From: Candidatus Woesearchaeota archaeon
GTDB taxonomy: Archaea; Nanobdellota; Nanobdellia; SCGC-AAA011-G17; GW2011-AR18
NCBI GenBank assembly: GCA_018302765.1
Contig: JAGVZG010000011.1
Coordinates: 1 to 19,637 of the forward strand
Reading direction: 5' to 3'
Length of the DNA: 19,637 nt
A model generated the notes under the pieces. The model made no database searches. It was given only the letters and a program-made list of their open reading frames with translations, and was not told where the DNA came from. The position numbers and the translations under genes are program-made. This document shows, piece after piece, positions 8,448 to 16,700 of the stretch. Positions within the stretch are counted from its first letter, which is position 1. Each line of letters opens with the position of its first letter.

Positions 8448-8646
8448 CTCCAGGTTTGGCTGGCATAGCTATCCAAAAAACCAAATATAAGATAAGTCCT
8501 AATCCCATACTGATTAAAGTAAAAACTATCCAGATTAATCTGACAACAGTAGAATCTATACCTAAGTATTCAGCAATCCCGCCGCAGACGCCTCCAATTT
8601 TCTTGTCTTTCTCTGACAAATATAATTTCTTTATTTCCTTAACCAT
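8431..8646 (-). CDS. PspC domain-containing membrane protein
   Basis: KLYLSEKDKKIGGVCGGIAEYLGIDSTVVR, then a TM helix and YLVFWIAMP. Its 3' end overlaps rnp4 convergently by 17 nt. Confidence 0.93.
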   Translation of the reverse strand: MVKEIKKLYLSEKDKKIGGVCGGIAEYLGIDSTVVRLIWIVFTLISMGLGLILYLVFWIAMPAKPGAKKEY

Positions 8647-8669
8647 AAATATAAATAATTAAAGTTATA

Positions 8670-8942
8670 TTAAAATCCAAAAGAATCTGTGAATTCTTTT
8701 ATTTTTTTATAGTCCTCAAGAAATTTAATTCCTTTTTTTGTAATTATGTAGCATTTGTTTGCCTTGTTAAGTTCTTCTTTTATCATGTCTTTGGCAAATA
8801 AGTCATTCAAATAAATCTGCATTTTTGAGTGAGATAAATTTGACTTATAAAGAAGGTGGGTTGGCTTTATTTTTCCGCCTTTGTCTTGTACAGCAGCCAA
8901 CATGTCATAAATTATCCTTAGCTTGTCTCTCCTTTCATTCAT
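8670..8942 (-). CDS. Archaeal winged-helix DNA-binding protein (HTH_45/DUF4364-like)
   Basis: RRDKLRIIYDML...KPTHLLYKSNLS...YL..L...ITKKG..FL. ATGA overlap with the upstream membrane gene. Confidence 0.87.
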   Translation of the reverse strand: MNERRDKLRIIYDMLAAVQDKGGKIKPTHLLYKSNLSHSKMQIYLNDLFAKDMIKEELNKANKCYIITKKGIKFLEDYKKIKEFTDSFGF

Positions 8943-9625
8943 TTCTTTAGCACCAATGTCAAGTTAAGCAGTAATAATATATAAGCCAATAAACTTATAA
9001 AATGTCCGCCCGTATATATTATCGCTGAGTACCTAGAGCTCAATGCTATGAAAAGTAAGTTTGACACTGCTAGTAAAGCAAAAGACAAAAACACAAAATA
9101 CGAACTTTTATTTTTCTTATCTTTATAATTATTGTACATATAAGGAACAATATAAACTACAAGTAAAACAAATGCAAAAAAGTAAAAGAAAGTAAAAGAC
9201 CTTGCTTGTCTAACAAGAATTGCACAAAGAAATGCTATAGACAATAAAGAAAGAATAATGCTCTTGTTCCTAACTTGTGAAGCTAAGCAGCTAAGTATCA
9301 CAAATCCGCTTAGTACAAAAAAGACATATAGTATCAAGCTTCCAGTATAAATATACGTTGGAGAAATAAAACCAAAAAAACGAAAAGTCTTTAGAAAAGC
9401 GTCAAAGTAAACAATTATTAAATCACTAATAGCTTTAAACATAAAGCCCAAAGACATGGAAAAAAAACTAACAGTCAAATACTTATATTTTTTATTTTCA
9501 GAAATCTTGTAAACTCTGTAGCTATAATAAGATATTATTAAAGTTATAAGGAATGCTATGATTCCAAACAATAATTCAGTGCGTAGAAACCAAGCAGGCC
9601 TAAATAATAAGTCATTTATAGCCAT
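8939..9625 (-). CDS. Hypothetical seven-TM membrane protein
   Basis: About seven hydrophobic segments by eye, with Lys-rich loops after TM1 and TM5. A leaderless start lies about 25 nt after AAAGTTTATATA. Confidence 0.85.
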   Translation of the reverse strand: MAINDLLFRPAWFLRTELLFGIIAFLITLIISYYSYRVYKISENKKYKYLTVSFFSMSLGFMFKAISDLIIVYFDAFLKTFRFFGFISPTYIYTGSLILYVFFVLSGFVILSCLASQVRNKSIILSLLSIAFLCAILVRQARSFTFFYFFAFVLLVVYIVPYMYNNYKDKKNKSSYFVFLSFALLAVSNLLFIALSSRYSAIIYTGGHFISLLAYILLLLNLTLVLKK

Positions 9626-9723
9626 ATAATATATTTAAAAAAAAACCATATATAAACTTTGTGAATCACGATTCTGTATTTTGTTTTCATAATGTATTTA
9701 TTAAATGTTAACTATAAAATATT

Positions 9724-9791
9724 GAAGGTCATGAAAAGCCCTCATTCCATGTTAAAAAGAAGAGGCCAATGGTCTCTTCCTTGACCTTTTT
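9724..9791 (+). ncRNA. Candidate structured leader or small RNA
   Basis: Outer stem AAGGTCA(9725-31)/TGACCTT(9782-88) followed by a T-run, and an inner 9-bp hairpin GAAGAGGCC-AAT-GGTCTCTTC (9759-9779). TATA-like TTTATTAA lies about 20-25 nt upstream. No known family was recognised. Confidence 0.35.
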
Positions 9792-9831
9792 AATGCTCCA
9801 AGTGTTATTAAAAAATAAAAAGGAGGTGGTG

Positions 9832-9975
9832 ATGTTCTTGAACAAAAACAAGGTGTTTAAGAAATCTTCAGAGGAAGAAAAATTCAATGAAGAAGATATA
9901 GATTATTTATTAGACGAAGATGAAATAAGCCTTGAAGAAGCAGGGTTTATGCATGGCTATCATATAGTTTCATAA
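9832..9975 (+). CDS. Small acidic protein (47 aa)
   Basis: A strong SD AGGAGGTG (9821-9828) puts the start at ATG 9832 rather than 9769. Translates as MFLNKNKVFKKSSEEEKFNEEDIDYLLDEDEISLEEAGFMHGYHIVS. Confidence 0.7.
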   Translation: MFLNKNKVFKKSSEEEKFNEEDIDYLLDEDEISLEEAGFMHGYHIVS

Positions 9976-9986
9976 TTTTTCAAAAA

Positions 9987-10316
9987 TTATAATTCAGAAA
10001 GTTCTTCTTTTGATTTTCTTATTTTATCAAGTTTTTCTTTTACATCAAAAAGTCTGTGTTCTTTATCTACAAGTTCAGTCGCAAGTTTCGCTAATTTTTC
10101 CTTTAGTGTCTCGTCAGCTTTTTCTGTATCCAAAACATTGTTTCTAGCGTCATCTAACTCTTTTTCCAGTCTGCTCTTTTCAGCTGATAATTTTTCTAGT
10201 TCGTTAGAAAGTTCATGCAGAACGTCAGACATTACGTTGCCGTTTTTAGAGTTTTTATTCTCATTGCTGCTCTTTTTCTCCAAAATATCGTCAACGTCTA
10301 TAACACTATTGTTCAT
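9987..10316 (-). CDS. Hypothetical coiled-coil protein (109 aa)
   Basis: Heptad Leu pattern with Glu/Lys richness from about residue 30 onward. TATA-like AAATATTTAAAT upstream. Confidence 0.75.
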   Translation of the reverse strand: MNNSVIDVDDILEKKSSNENKNSKNGNVMSDVLHELSNELEKLSAEKSRLEKELDDARNNVLDTEKADETLKEKLAKLATELVDKEHRLFDVKEKLDKIRKSKEELSEL

Positions 10317-10354
10317 AATTTAAATAGCTAAAGCCATCTATTTAAATATTTTGA

Positions 10355-11767
10355 TTACTTTTTATCAAGCTTATTTATCATGTCTTCTAGTTTCTTTTTT
10401 GTTTTATTGTAAGTGTCTTCTGTTATATTTCTTTCTTCGTAATTCTTTGTTAATAATTTCAGCTGTTTTTCAAGTCTGGCTTTTGTATCTGCTTTTTGTA
10501 CTTTATATGGCTGCTGCATAACACCTCTAAAAATATTTTTAGTTGTAACATGTTTCCTAAGACTTAGATATAAAATACTAAAAAAAGATGCTAGAACTAT
10601 AAAGCCAACTAAGCTGTATGCAAGCACTGGTTTTTTAGACAAGAGTTTCTTTTCACTCTTAATATTTATTATCTGAGAAGCGCTATTTATTACGTCCTCA
10701 TGGCTAACTTTAATATAAATTATATATCTATCATCTTTTAAATAGTCAGGCATTGGTATTCTTTTTACATAATTAACCTGTCTCTCAAATCCTCTTGTTT
10801 CTTTTTCTTCACTTATTGTATTGCCATTTATATCTTTAATGAAATAAGTTATGTTTACATCTATTTGTTTTGTTTCTTTAATATTAGTTATTGTAATTTC
10901 AGCTAATACATTTTCTCCAGGCTCTAAGTCATTTTCTTTTATATCTAAAAATATATCAAATAAAGGTTCAGAAGAAACAACTTCAAGAACAAAAGGTATT
11001 TCTTCAGTTTTTCCTAAGTAACTAACATAAATAGTGCCAGTATAAATATCTGGTTTAAAATCTTCACTTGCACGAATAGGAAGTTTAAAATCTAATTTCT
11101 CACCGGGCTGCAGTTCAAATTCTATCTTGCTTAAACCAATACGATATAAAAATTCACTAATATCACTTAAATCAAGCGTTACTTTTATAGGAACTTTAAA
11201 TTCATTTACAAATTTTATATAATTGTCTAGGTTTTCATTAATTGCTAATTTATCTTTAATAATATCTTTGCTTATGTATAACTTACCTTCAGGAGCTTTA
11301 GCTGTTGGATATGATGCTCCACCGCCGCCTCCTCCGCCTCCTCCGCCAGTAGTTCCTCCACCTTCTTGCTGCTGTCCAGCAACGCTGACAGTGAAAGCAA
11401 CACTGGTTGTATTAGATAATCTGCCAGTATCATTTGCGTATATTCTAAGTGTATGAGAGCCACTTGCAGTTGTAAAAGTAGTATTTGCAGATATAGTAGT
11501 ATTTGCCCCATTGTCTAAATTATACCATACAGTTGATAAGAAACTATCATTAGCAAAAAAATTTAGAGGTACCGTTGTTGTTGTATAAGTTATATTCTGA
11601 GGGTCAAATAAAATAAGAGAAGGATTTACACCATCTGTTATAGTAATGCTTGCGCTGGCTGATGCAGTTGCCTGTGCATTATAAGGTGGCTTGGCTAATA
11701 AAAATAAGCTTATTAAAAAAATAATAAAAATTATTAATAGATAATAATTTCTGAATTTAATAGACAT
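10355..11767 (-). CDS. Cell-surface protein: N-terminal signal/TM, Ig-like domains, poly-Gly linker, C-terminal TM and SHOCT-like tail
   Basis: Hydrophobic N-terminus, many N-x-S/T sequons, a GGGGGGGGG linker, beta-rich segments, the TM LAYSLVGFIVLASFFSILYLSL, and the tail QLKLLTKNYEERNITEDTYNKTKKKL. Confidence 0.85.
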   Translation of the reverse strand: MSIKFRNYYLLIIFIIFLISLFLLAKPPYNAQATASASASITITDGVNPSLILFDPQNITYTTTTVPLNFFANDSFLSTVWYNLDNGANTTISANTTFTTASGSHTLRIYANDTGRLSNTTSVAFTVSVAGQQQEGGGTTGGGGGGGGGGASYPTAKAPEGKLYISKDIIKDKLAINENLDNYIKFVNEFKVPIKVTLDLSDISEFLYRIGLSKIEFELQPGEKLDFKLPIRASEDFKPDIYTGTIYVSYLGKTEEIPFVLEVVSSEPLFDIFLDIKENDLEPGENVLAEITITNIKETKQIDVNITYFIKDINGNTISEEKETRGFERQVNYVKRIPMPDYLKDDRYIIYIKVSHEDVINSASQIINIKSEKKLLSKKPVLAYSLVGFIVLASFFSILYLSLRKHVTTKNIFRGVMQQPYKVQKADTKARLEKQLKLLTKNYEERNITEDTYNKTKKKLEDMINKLDKK

Positions 11768-11772
11768 GATAT

Positions 11773-12357
11773 TTATTTATTCACCATGCTGTTTTTTCTT
11801 TTGAACAGTATTACCAAAGCAACCATAATCACTAAAATAATTAGTATACCCACAACTAAATATATAGCATTGAATTTAGTTACTTCGTCCTTCTTTTCAA
11901 CAGGCCTTGATAGATCAAGAGATTCAGGTTGCTTTGCGCCTTTTACAACCTGTAAAGGTATTCTCTGTTCTACAGCAGTTCCAAACTGAACCATTCCAGT
12001 CTGGCTATTTCCACTAGTACGAACAGAAACAACTATTGTATAATTTCCTTCATTTGTGCCTTGTGGAATTGCAACTTGTAAATTAACTTTGACTTCATTT
12101 GAGCCTAAGGGAACTTGATATTTATTGCTTGAATCTAAAAGCTTGGCAAATTGTGATCCAGAGGATACATTAACCAGTGCTATAAGATTATCATTGCCAA
12201 CTACGTTCTGTAGCAATAAAGAAAACTTAACTGTCTGTCCAGGAGAAATTACTAATGGGTTGGTATCCCAATAAGGCGTAGTTACTCCAAACCCATAAAC
12301 TATTGGCAATAAGTTCAATACTATTAAAATTAAAAATATGGTTTTTATTGTTTTCAT
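11773..12357 (-). CDS. Secreted Ig-like protein with a C-terminal membrane anchor (194 aa)
   Basis: The start is ATG 12357 (MKTIKTIFLILIVLNLL, a signal peptide), in an ATGA overlap with the stop of the upstream out-of-frame C-terminal segment. It has a beta-rich body and a C-terminal TM followed by KRK. Confidence 0.85.
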   Translation of the reverse strand: MKTIKTIFLILIVLNLLPIVYGFGVTTPYWDTNPLVISPGQTVKFSLLLQNVVGNDNLIALVNVSSGSQFAKLLDSSNKYQVPLGSNEVKVNLQVAIPQGTNEGNYTIVVSVRTSGNSQTGMVQFGTAVEQRIPLQVVKGAKQPESLDLSRPVEKKDEVTKFNAIYLVVGILIILVIMVALVILFKRKNSMVNK

Positions 12358-12497
12358 GCCGCAGTCACCGTCCATGTACCGCCTACATTAGTTGAATAGC
12401 TCTGTGGATTTACAGCTGTTGTAGATACAGCAGTCAAGCAGTAATATAATTGTTCTTGTGAGCTTGTCTCATTTCCAAAGTTTCTAGTAAAGTTTCC
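12354..12497 (-). other. Out-of-frame C-terminal coding segment (47 aa) of the 12484..13260 gene
   Basis: Translates as GNFTRNFGNETSSQEQLYYCLTAVSTTAVNPQSYSTNVGGTWTVTAA*. The frame is open, its TGA overlaps the next ATG, and the differences from copy 2 are silent or conservative in this frame. Confidence 0.8.
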
Positions 12498-12627
12498 TTG
12501 CTCCAGTTGAAGCATTTGTTAAACATTCTATATTAGAGCCACCAGTATCTAAGTCTACAGTAAAGTTGGATGCATTCAAGTACTGGCTTGCATTAGTCTC
12601 ACCTATTAAATTAATAACTGTAACTTG
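12354..12627. repeat. Direct repeat copy 1 (paired with 13510..13769)
   Basis: 12354-12499 matches 13510-13655 with 4 mismatches (the last 100 bp are identical), and 12537-12627 is identical to 13679-13769 (91 bp). The blocks are separated by a divergent island of 37 nt versus 23 nt. Confidence 0.95.
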
Positions 12628-13260
12628 AATACTAGGCGTTGTTATATTTTTGTTTCCTGTATTATTCAATAACATAGGATCGTTGTTAGATGTTTCATTT
12701 AGTGAGCTTGTATTTAATGTTGCCCATGTCAGTGCAGAAGGTCCTATAGAAAATGCAGTAGTTAAGCTTAATGTAAAGTTAGCACTTGTATTAGTTATGC
12801 CAAGATTGTTATTATCTGCAATTGATGCATTAATGTTCCAAGCCCCAGCGCCGTCAAACCAGTACAATCCAACTCTGCATACATATTCCCTAACTGTTGA
12901 ATTAATATTTCCTACAGGAGCACATGTGTCATTTCTCCTTGTAACTTCTCCGCTAGAATTAAAAGCGCCTCTTGCTGTAGCGTCATTCAGGTCACCAGTG
13001 CCATCAATATCAAGGACTCTAAAATAAAAAGTAACATTAGTAAGTCCTCCTTCTGTAATACTTTGCGTTGCACCTATAATAGAAACATTAAAAATAATGG
13101 GCGCAATTCCTCCTACTGTAATATTAGCTGAAGCGCTCTGTGTAGCTTTGCCTGAAAGCCACTTAATAAAAGAATTGTCAAATATGCTTGCATTTATTAC
13201 AGGAATTAAAAAAAGGACAAAAACAATAAGAAACAATAACACCCTCGTACTTTTTTCCAT
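12484..13260 (-). CDS. Secreted surface protein, a stand-alone paralogue of the C-terminal module of the large surface protein; frame broken near the 3' end
   Basis: Signal peptide, Asn/Thr-rich beta sequence with sequons, and a Cys pair. It aligns by eye to the last roughly 200 aa of 13590..17246 (QSI.E.G..NVTFY..V.D.DG.GD; WFD.AG.W; TTAFSIGPSAL.WATLN). The true C-terminus continues in another frame to 12354. Confidence 0.85.
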   Translation of the reverse strand: MEKSTRVLLFLIVFVLFLIPVINASIFDNSFIKWLSGKATQSASANITVGGIAPIIFNVSIIGATQSITEGGLTNVTFYFRVLDIDGTGDLNDATARGAFNSSGEVTRRNDTCAPVGNINSTVREYVCRVGLYWFDGAGAWNINASIADNNNLGITNTSANFTLSLTTAFSIGPSALTWATLNTSSLNETSNNDPMLLNNTGNKNITTPSIQVTVINLIGETNASQYLNASNFTVDLDTGGSNIECLTNASTGARKLY

Positions 13261-13509
13261 TAAGTTTAATGAATATTTCTATTTTATAAAGCTTACTAAA
13301 TATGAAAGATAGCAATAAAATATATAATTTAATAATAATTGCTGAGTCTTCAATCGTTAATTCATTAGTATTTGACCAAATTTTTTAGCTTTTATTTCTA
13401 ATAGATAAATAATATTATCAAGAAATTTCAATAATTATTCTATGTAAAGATACACAACTTTAACTTTTCTTATTATTTTCTAACTTCAAATTTAATAAAT
13501 GCTTATTTA

Positions 13510-13653
13510 TTATGCTGCAGTCACCGTCCATGTACCGCCTAAATTAGTTGAATAACTCTGTGGATTTACAGCTGTTGTAGATACAGCAGTCAAGCAGTAA
13601 TATAATTGTTCTTGTGAGCTTGTCTCATTTCCAAAGTTTCTAGTAAAGTTTCC
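13510..13653 (-). other. Out-of-frame C-terminal coding segment (47 aa) of the large surface-protein gene
   Basis: Translates as GNFTRNFGNETSSQEQLYYCLTAVSTTAVNPQSYSTNLGGTWTVTAA*, in the -1 frame relative to the annotated ORF. Confidence 0.8.
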
Positions 13654-13769
13654 TTTACTCCACATTCTGAAGGACCTAAGCCACCAGTATCTAAGTCTAC
13701 AGTAAAGTTGGATGCATTCAAGTACTGGCTTGCATTAGTCTCACCTATTAAATTAATAACTGTAACTTG
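13510..13769. repeat. Direct repeat copy 2 (paired with 12354..12627)
   Basis: Same blocks as copy 1. Similarity continues with mostly third-position changes to about 13900. Confidence 0.95.
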
Positions 13770-16700
13770 TATACTGTTTGATGTTATATTTTTGTTTCCA
13801 GTGTTATTTAATAACATAAGACTATTGGATGTTGCATTAATTGAAGTTACGTTTAGTGTTGCCCATGCCAATGCAGAAGGCCCTATTGAAAATGCAGTTG
13901 TCTGTGTTAAACTAAATGTAGTATTTCCAGGCACGCTTGCATTATTTACTGTATCGTTTGCAGTAACATTTACAGTCCATGTTCCAGCACTGTCAAACCA
14001 CCAGATAGGAACAGTACAAGAATAATTAGCTTGCGTTATGTTTACGTTACTGACAAGGCTGCATGAAGAATTATATCTTGTTTGCTCGCCTGTTAATAAG
14101 AACGTTGCATTTACAATGCTTATGTCTCCTACACCATCTGCATCAGAAACTAATGCATAGAATGTTACATTTCTTACTCCGCTCTCTACAATGCTTTGTT
14201 GAGATATTGCTGTTATGTTATCAATATTAGGTTTTCTGTCTCCAACTGTAAATGACTGCAATGTTGTCTGATTTGTGTTGTTTGAAGTATCATTTGCATA
14301 GAATCTCCAGTATACAACTATGCCAGGCCTTGCTAATATTAATGAAGTATTTATTGACGTGTTTGCTTGTCCACTAAACAACGCTGCTGTGCTATTTACA
14401 GGTGTGCCACTCTGATTAATTTCAAATATATAACTAGATAGTCCCTGATTGTCTGTCCAGCTTGTATTAAATGTAATATAGGTGTTATTGTAAACAGCAG
14501 TTTCATTGATTGTAGCATTATCCCATTGTGGGAAAGCAGTGTCTGCACCAGAATCAACAGTAATATTAAGAGTTCCTGCTCCATCTTCTGCAAATACAGG
14601 AGTAGGTCTGTTATTTGAAGTATCATTTGCATGGAATCTAAACTGCCATGTTCCAGTAGCACTTAATATTGTTGTGCTGTTATGATACTCATTTCCGTTC
14701 TTTGTTGGCGTTACATTATAACTAACTGCAGAAGGAGTTATAACTTCAAGTTCTACAATACTTAAATCACCTTCATCATCAGTTACTGAAGCATTTATTT
14801 TTACCGCAGTGTTTATTGGAACATTTGAAGTTGCATTTATTCTTGCAATGCTAATATTAGGTGCAGTTACATTAGGGAATACAAATACTGAATGGTTTAG
14901 TGTGCCTGTAGTTCCTGCAGTGGAATTTCCTATGTCTGTGCTTGCATCGCAGTCTGTGTCTGCAGCAGTTCCTGCCCTTCCAGCATATGTTGTATTTATA
15001 ACTCCAGCAACAGGCAGTGCCAGATATTGGTATACATATACAACTCTTCCTCCTCCGCCTCCTCCGCCTCCACAAGAATCACTTGATGTACCTGATCCGC
15101 CATCCCCTCCAGCTGCGCCGTCTGCTGTAATTACAGCAGTTTTGTTTAGTGTAAGATTTCTAGCAATTAATATTATATGTCCGCCACCGCCTCCTCCGCC
15201 TCCTGAATTATCTGAAGAATCTCCAGCTCCTCCAGCACTTCCATTAACTCCAACAACTCCAAATATAGATACATAGCCGCTGCTTGCATTTATTTTTAGT
15301 CCTCCACCTCCGCTTCCACCATCTGCAGGAGTTGGATCGCCAGCTGAACCGCCTCCTCCACTTCCCATTAGTAATGCAAGATCTCCAGCAGTTCCTTCAG
15401 TAAGACCACTTAAACCTTTTAGTCCTGCAACTCCTGAATTATTTCCTCCAGCTCCTCCACCTCCTCCAAATCCTCCGCCTCCGCCTCCTGTACCATAAGA
15501 GTTAGCTGCTCTTGTTCCTCCGCCTCCGCCAGCTCCGTTTGGCGTTCTTGCAGCGCCACCAGCAGTTCCTGTGCTGTTATCACCTTGTGTTGCAGTACAG
15601 GAATTTCCAGAGCAGCCACTTCCGCCCCTTCCACCTTTTCCAGCACCAACTATAGTTCCGTTTTGATATACAGTGAAATTTCCATTTGCTCCAAGACTAA
15701 AGTTGGCATAGCCAGTGCTTGCAGTTACATTTCTTGCACATATTGTTGCAATTCCTGCATTGTCAATTATAACAGTATCATAAGCTGTAATTTCTCCGCA
15801 TATTTCAGTTGTTGCACTGCTTATTGTTAAAGTAGGATCAATTTCCACTATGTCATTCACATTTTTACCTTCTATACTATAATCTTTATTTAGATAAATA
15901 TAAATGATATTGGAATGAACTTGCTTTATCTCAATACTGTATCCTTTTTCAATTTCAGTTCTAAAGTCTAATTCAAATTTGCCAGTCTTAATATGTCCAA
16001 TGAAATCATCAATTATTTTTATTGGAGAGCTTGAACTAATCCTATATCTAGACTTGAATGTTTGAGTTGGAAGCAGGAATTTGTATCCAATTTTATATGA
16101 ATGCAAGCTACCTATTTTATACTTGGAGAACTTTCTGTCAGTTTTATTTTGTTTTATCTCCTGTGAATCAAATTCAATCTCAACAGTTGTATCCTCAAAT
16201 GTTGAAGTGTAAGTAAATTCATCTTTGCTTTCTAGAGGAACAGCTTCATTAAATAAGCTGCCAAATATAATAGGTTTGTGTATTATCAAAGTTTTCTTTT
16301 CTTTTCCAACAAAACTAATTTCTTCAGCTGAATAACCCAATATATTGATTTCTTTTATCTTGTCTTTTGATATTCCAATATTCCTCTCACTGATAATTTC
16401 ATCTGTATCTTTTGTCTCATCTTTTCTTGTAAATACAGGAGCAGGAGGTATTGTTGTATTGTCAAATGTCTCTGTAATATTTATCTCTATATTTTCCTGT
16501 GTCTTGTTTGCCAAACCAGTTTCTTGGCTGACATTTACTACAGACACTTTAGTTTCTTTCTCAATACTAATTTGTGTAATATTTTCAGCAATTAAACTTC
16601 CATTGTCTATTATTCTAGATATTAATACATGCTCTCCTTTTTTGTCTGGAACTGAAATATTAAATTCTCCAATATTAATATTCAGCTCGCTGACATTGTA

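Noticed and set aside
5146-8662. ORFs 5146..5352, 5920..6159, 6534..6725, 8096..8341 and 8456..8662
   Set aside because: They overlap well-supported genes in antisense and have no recognisable features.
8939-9625. Microbial rhodopsin or heliorhodopsin
   Set aside because: There is no retinal-binding Lys within the seventh helix (GHFISLLAYILLLLNL).
9769-9831. Upstream ATG 9769 as the start of the acidic ORF
   Set aside because: It lies inside the hairpin, and the strong SD is positioned for ATG 9832.
12484-12500. A shared programmed ribosomal frameshift in the two surface genes
   Set aside because: Copy 1 needs +1 and copy 2 needs -1, and there is no canonical X_XXY_YYZ heptamer in frame in copy 2.
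13261-13509. Hidden gene or RNA in the 250-bp AT-rich spacer
   Set aside because: There is no convincing ORF, GC-rich stem or repeat; only a promoter-like box near 13283-13292 was seen.
12354-13769. Diversity-generating retroelement TR/VR pair
   Set aside because: The mismatches are not adenine-specific on either strand, both copies are protein-coding, and no reverse transcriptase is in the window.
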